NCBI GenBank assembly: GCA_965261595.1
Contig: CBDHDG010000007.1
Location: 544,001 to 608,000 of the forward strand
Origin: a bacterium
GTDB lineage: Bacteria; UBA8248; JACPRG01; G963555815
Length of the DNA stretch: 64,000 nucleotides
Direction of reading: 5' to 3'
Below, piece after piece: positions 61,581-64,000 of the stretch (position 1 is its first letter; each line of letters starts with the position of its first letter). A model generated the notes under the pieces. That model ran no database searches, was not told the origin of the DNA, and saw nothing but the letters and a program-made list of their open reading frames with translations. The position numbers and the translations under genes were made by a program.

Positions 61581-62044
61581 GAACCATCGAGCTGACGGTC
61601 AACGGCGCGCGCGAGACCCTCCAGGTCGAAGACCAGGCCCTGCTGCTGGACGTCCTGCGGGATAAGCTGTTTCTCACGGGAACGAAAGAGGGCTGCTCTG
61701 TGGGGGCCTGCGGGACGTGCACGGTCCTCATCGACGGGGGGCCCGTGAGCTCCTGCCTCACCCTGGCGGCGCAGCTCCGCCCGGACCAGGAAGTCACGAC
61801 CATCGAGGGCCTGCCCAAAGACGGCAAGCTGGACCCGGTGCAGGAGGCGTTCCTCGAAGAGGCGGCCTTCCAATGCGCCTTCTGCACGCCCGGGATGATC
61901 CTGGCGGTGAAGGCCATGCTCTCGGAAATCCCGAACCCCTCGGAAGAAGAGACTCGCGAGTATCTCCTCGGCAACTACTGCCGCTGCGGCGCGCACAAGG
62001 AAATCCTCAAAGCCGTCCAATCAGCGGCGGGAAAAACCACATAA
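61577..62044 (+). CDS. Mo-hydroxylase (2Fe-2S)-binding small subunit
   Basis: GTKEGC..GACGTCTV, QCAFCTPG, GNYCRCG motifs; ATGA overlap. Confidence 0.95.
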   Translation: MRTIELTVNGARETLQVEDQALLLDVLRDKLFLTGTKEGCSVGACGTCTVLIDGGPVSSCLTLAAQLRPDQEVTTIEGLPKDGKLDPVQEAFLEEAAFQCAFCTPGMILAVKAMLSEIPNPSEEETREYLLGNYCRCGAHKEILKAVQSAAGKTT

Positions 62045-62055
62045 CAGAAAAAATC

Positions 62056-62340
62056 TTGGGGGACATTTTGAAAACGGTCCCCCAAACCCCCCGAGGACTT
62101 TCATTTCGCGAAAGAGGGCGGCCCTTACGGGCCGCCCTCTTTCGCAAGGTCAATGGTCGAGTGCGTTGGCTAACAGGCTTGCGTCGCGCCTGTCGACTTA
62201 ATCGATCCGGGTTCTTTGGCCGCGCCCAGCAGATGAACTGAAACCCCCTTACTTTCAAGCGCGGGAAGGGCCGGGCCTTCGGCCCGGCCGCAGAAAGTTT
62301 TCGAGGGGGTCTGGGGGACAGTTTTCAAAATGTCCCCCAG
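62056..62340. repeat. ~285-bp element with long terminal inverted hairpin repeats (REPIN/MITE-like)
   Basis: TGGGGGACATTTTGAAAACGGTCCCCCAAACCCCC ... GGGGGTCTGGGGGACAGTTTTCAAAATGTCCCCCA, with internal hairpins. Confidence 0.8.
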
Positions 62341-62350
62341 AAAGAGGTTT

Positions 62351-63091
62351 TCAGCTCTTGAGATTCTTCTCCAGAAATCCGAGTGTTCGTTCCAAAGAGA
62401 GCTTTGACGCGGCCTCGTGGTAGGAGCCTTCGCGGTGGTCGTTGAAGAACCCGTGGCCCGCGCCTTCGTAGACAAACACCTCGCTCGTCTTTCCGGCGTC
62501 GTCGAGGGCCTTTCGAATCGTGTCCACCTGATCCAGCGGAATGGCGTGATCCGTCTCGCCGAAATGGCACATCACGGGGCACTGGATGTCCGCCGTCATC
62601 GAGACCGGGGCCGGCGGCGTGCTCTCGTTCAGGTCGTCGCTGACGATTCCGCCGCCGTAATAGACCACACAGGCGGCGAGGTCGGGCATCTTCGTGGCGG
62701 CCAGGTAGGACATCCGCCCGCCCATGCAGTAGCCGAGGACCCCGACCTTGTCGCCGTTCACCTCGCTCAGGCCCTTCAGGTGATCCACGCCCGCCCGCAT
62801 GTCCGCCACCACACCCGCGTCCGTCAGCCGGGATTTTTTATCGCGTGCGACATCGAACTCGGTGTAGGGCGTATGGGGCTCCGTCTCGCGGTGGAAAAGC
62901 TCGACGGATATCACCGCGTAGCCCTGGTCGGCGTACCGGCGGCAGACGTCCTGGATGTGGCCGTTGACGCCGAAAATCTCCTCGATGAGCAGCAGGCCGG
63001 GGTGCGGTCCGGGTCCTTCCGGAAGGACCAGGTGCGCGGGGACCTGGGCGCCGCCTGAGGGGATGTGAATGTCTTGCGCGTTGGACGCCAT
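62351..63091 (-). CDS. Dienelactone hydrolase family protein
   Basis: EEIFGVN, GYCMGG, HFGETD, GAGHGF motifs. Confidence 0.93.
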   Translation of the reverse strand: MASNAQDIHIPSGGAQVPAHLVLPEGPGPHPGLLLIEEIFGVNGHIQDVCRRYADQGYAVISVELFHRETEPHTPYTEFDVARDKKSRLTDAGVVADMRAGVDHLKGLSEVNGDKVGVLGYCMGGRMSYLAATKMPDLAACVVYYGGGIVSDDLNESTPPAPVSMTADIQCPVMCHFGETDHAIPLDQVDTIRKALDDAGKTSEVFVYEGAGHGFFNDHREGSYHEAASKLSLERTLGFLEKNLKS

Positions 63092-63165
63092 CTTTTCGCC
63101 TCCGGATTCCGTGAGATTGGGAAACGCGGCCTCATTGGACCCATTGCACTCATTGAATTGGGCCG

Positions 63166-64000
63166 TCAGGGTTCGTTCAGCCGCACATCACGCATGAACA
63201 GAATTTCCGGCTCGCGCGGAAGGATTTTTCGGCTCACGAGCAGAACGCCTTTGTTCAGAATCTTAACACAGAACGACCGCTTCGCGAGGCTCGAGAATTC
63301 CTCCGGCAGCGCCACGTCATAATGCATCGGAATCACCAGGCTCGGGCCGATTCGGCGGATCAGGCGAATGGTGTCCGGGTGTTGCAAAGTCCACCTGCCG
63401 TCGATGGAAATGAAGAGGATGTCGATCCGGCCGAGCTTCGCCAGGGTCTCCTTCTCCAGGGGGTGATTCAGGTTGCCCAGGTGGGCGGCGCAGAGTCCCG
63501 CGGCTTCGATGACGAAGATGGAGTTGGTGTTCGTGTGGAATCCGCCCGCCTCGATGAAGTTCGTGGGAACGTTGAAGACGCGCGCGTCCTTCACCCTCAC
63601 GTTCACCTTGGTGATCCCCCGCGAGGGGTTCCCAACCCCTGGGAGGGGTTCCACCCGCGCAGGACCAGGGGGAAGTCGGCGGACTCGGCGCTGTGCGTGT
63701 CATGCGGGTTGCTCATCGTCACGGCGTCGGGCCGGACCGGCGGAAGGTTCCGGGCGTTGTAATCGGTGAAGATCGAAGCCCCGCCCGGCGTTTCGATCAG
63801 GAAGCTCGAATGGCCGCTGAAGGTGATTCGCAAATGACCCGCTGGAACCTGCGATGACCGGGCGGACACCCGCTGAATCCAGAGGCTTGGGTCCAACCGG
63901 CTGCCTTCGGCGACATCCAGGACGCAGGCCCCCCCTGCGGACTCCGCGATGAGAATCAGGGGGAAAACGGCGCAGAACCCGGTCCACCGTTTCAGAACTC
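63166..64000 (-). pseudogene. MBL-fold metallo-hydrolase (Lactamase_B_3-like), 5'-partial, frameshifted by a 20-bp insertion
   Basis: GHSSFLIET, SNPHDTH in one frame and HLGNLNH, IPMHY in another; deleting 63624-63643 fuses them (..LRGWNPSRGITKV..). Confidence 0.85.

Overview
High-GC bacterial chromosomal window dominated by catabolic and molybdoenzyme genes. It carries three xanthine-dehydrogenase-family Mo-hydroxylase large subunits (two with FAD and 2Fe-2S partners, one orphan), two tandem enamidase-like amidohydrolases, cyclase, creatininase, amidinotransferase-like, LLM, isochorismatase-like, OCD, SDR and dienelactone hydrolase genes, mobA, and a yqeB-MoxR AAA-VWA cluster suggesting selenium-dependent Mo-hydroxylase maturation. 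Housekeeping genes are interspersed (ino1, bcp, SCO, 2x TlpA, LonC-type protease, galU-like, cvpA, rimI, REC-GGDEF). Mobile DNA is abundant: four near-identical 1.4-kb IS3-family copies and two copies of a 2.3-kb composite (full IS1380-family element plus an inverted, internally deleted IS1380 relative). One composite copy splits an epimerase gene with a 5-bp TSD. Also present are a related IS-end remnant carrying a conserved TTGACA-N17-TCTAAT promoter, several hairpin/REP-like repeat families, and a 20-bp palindromic micro-insertion that frameshifts a gene and recurs elsewhere. Several genes are frameshifted or truncated. No rRNA, tRNA or CRISPR array was seen. All calls come from motif recognition by eye; no database searches were run.
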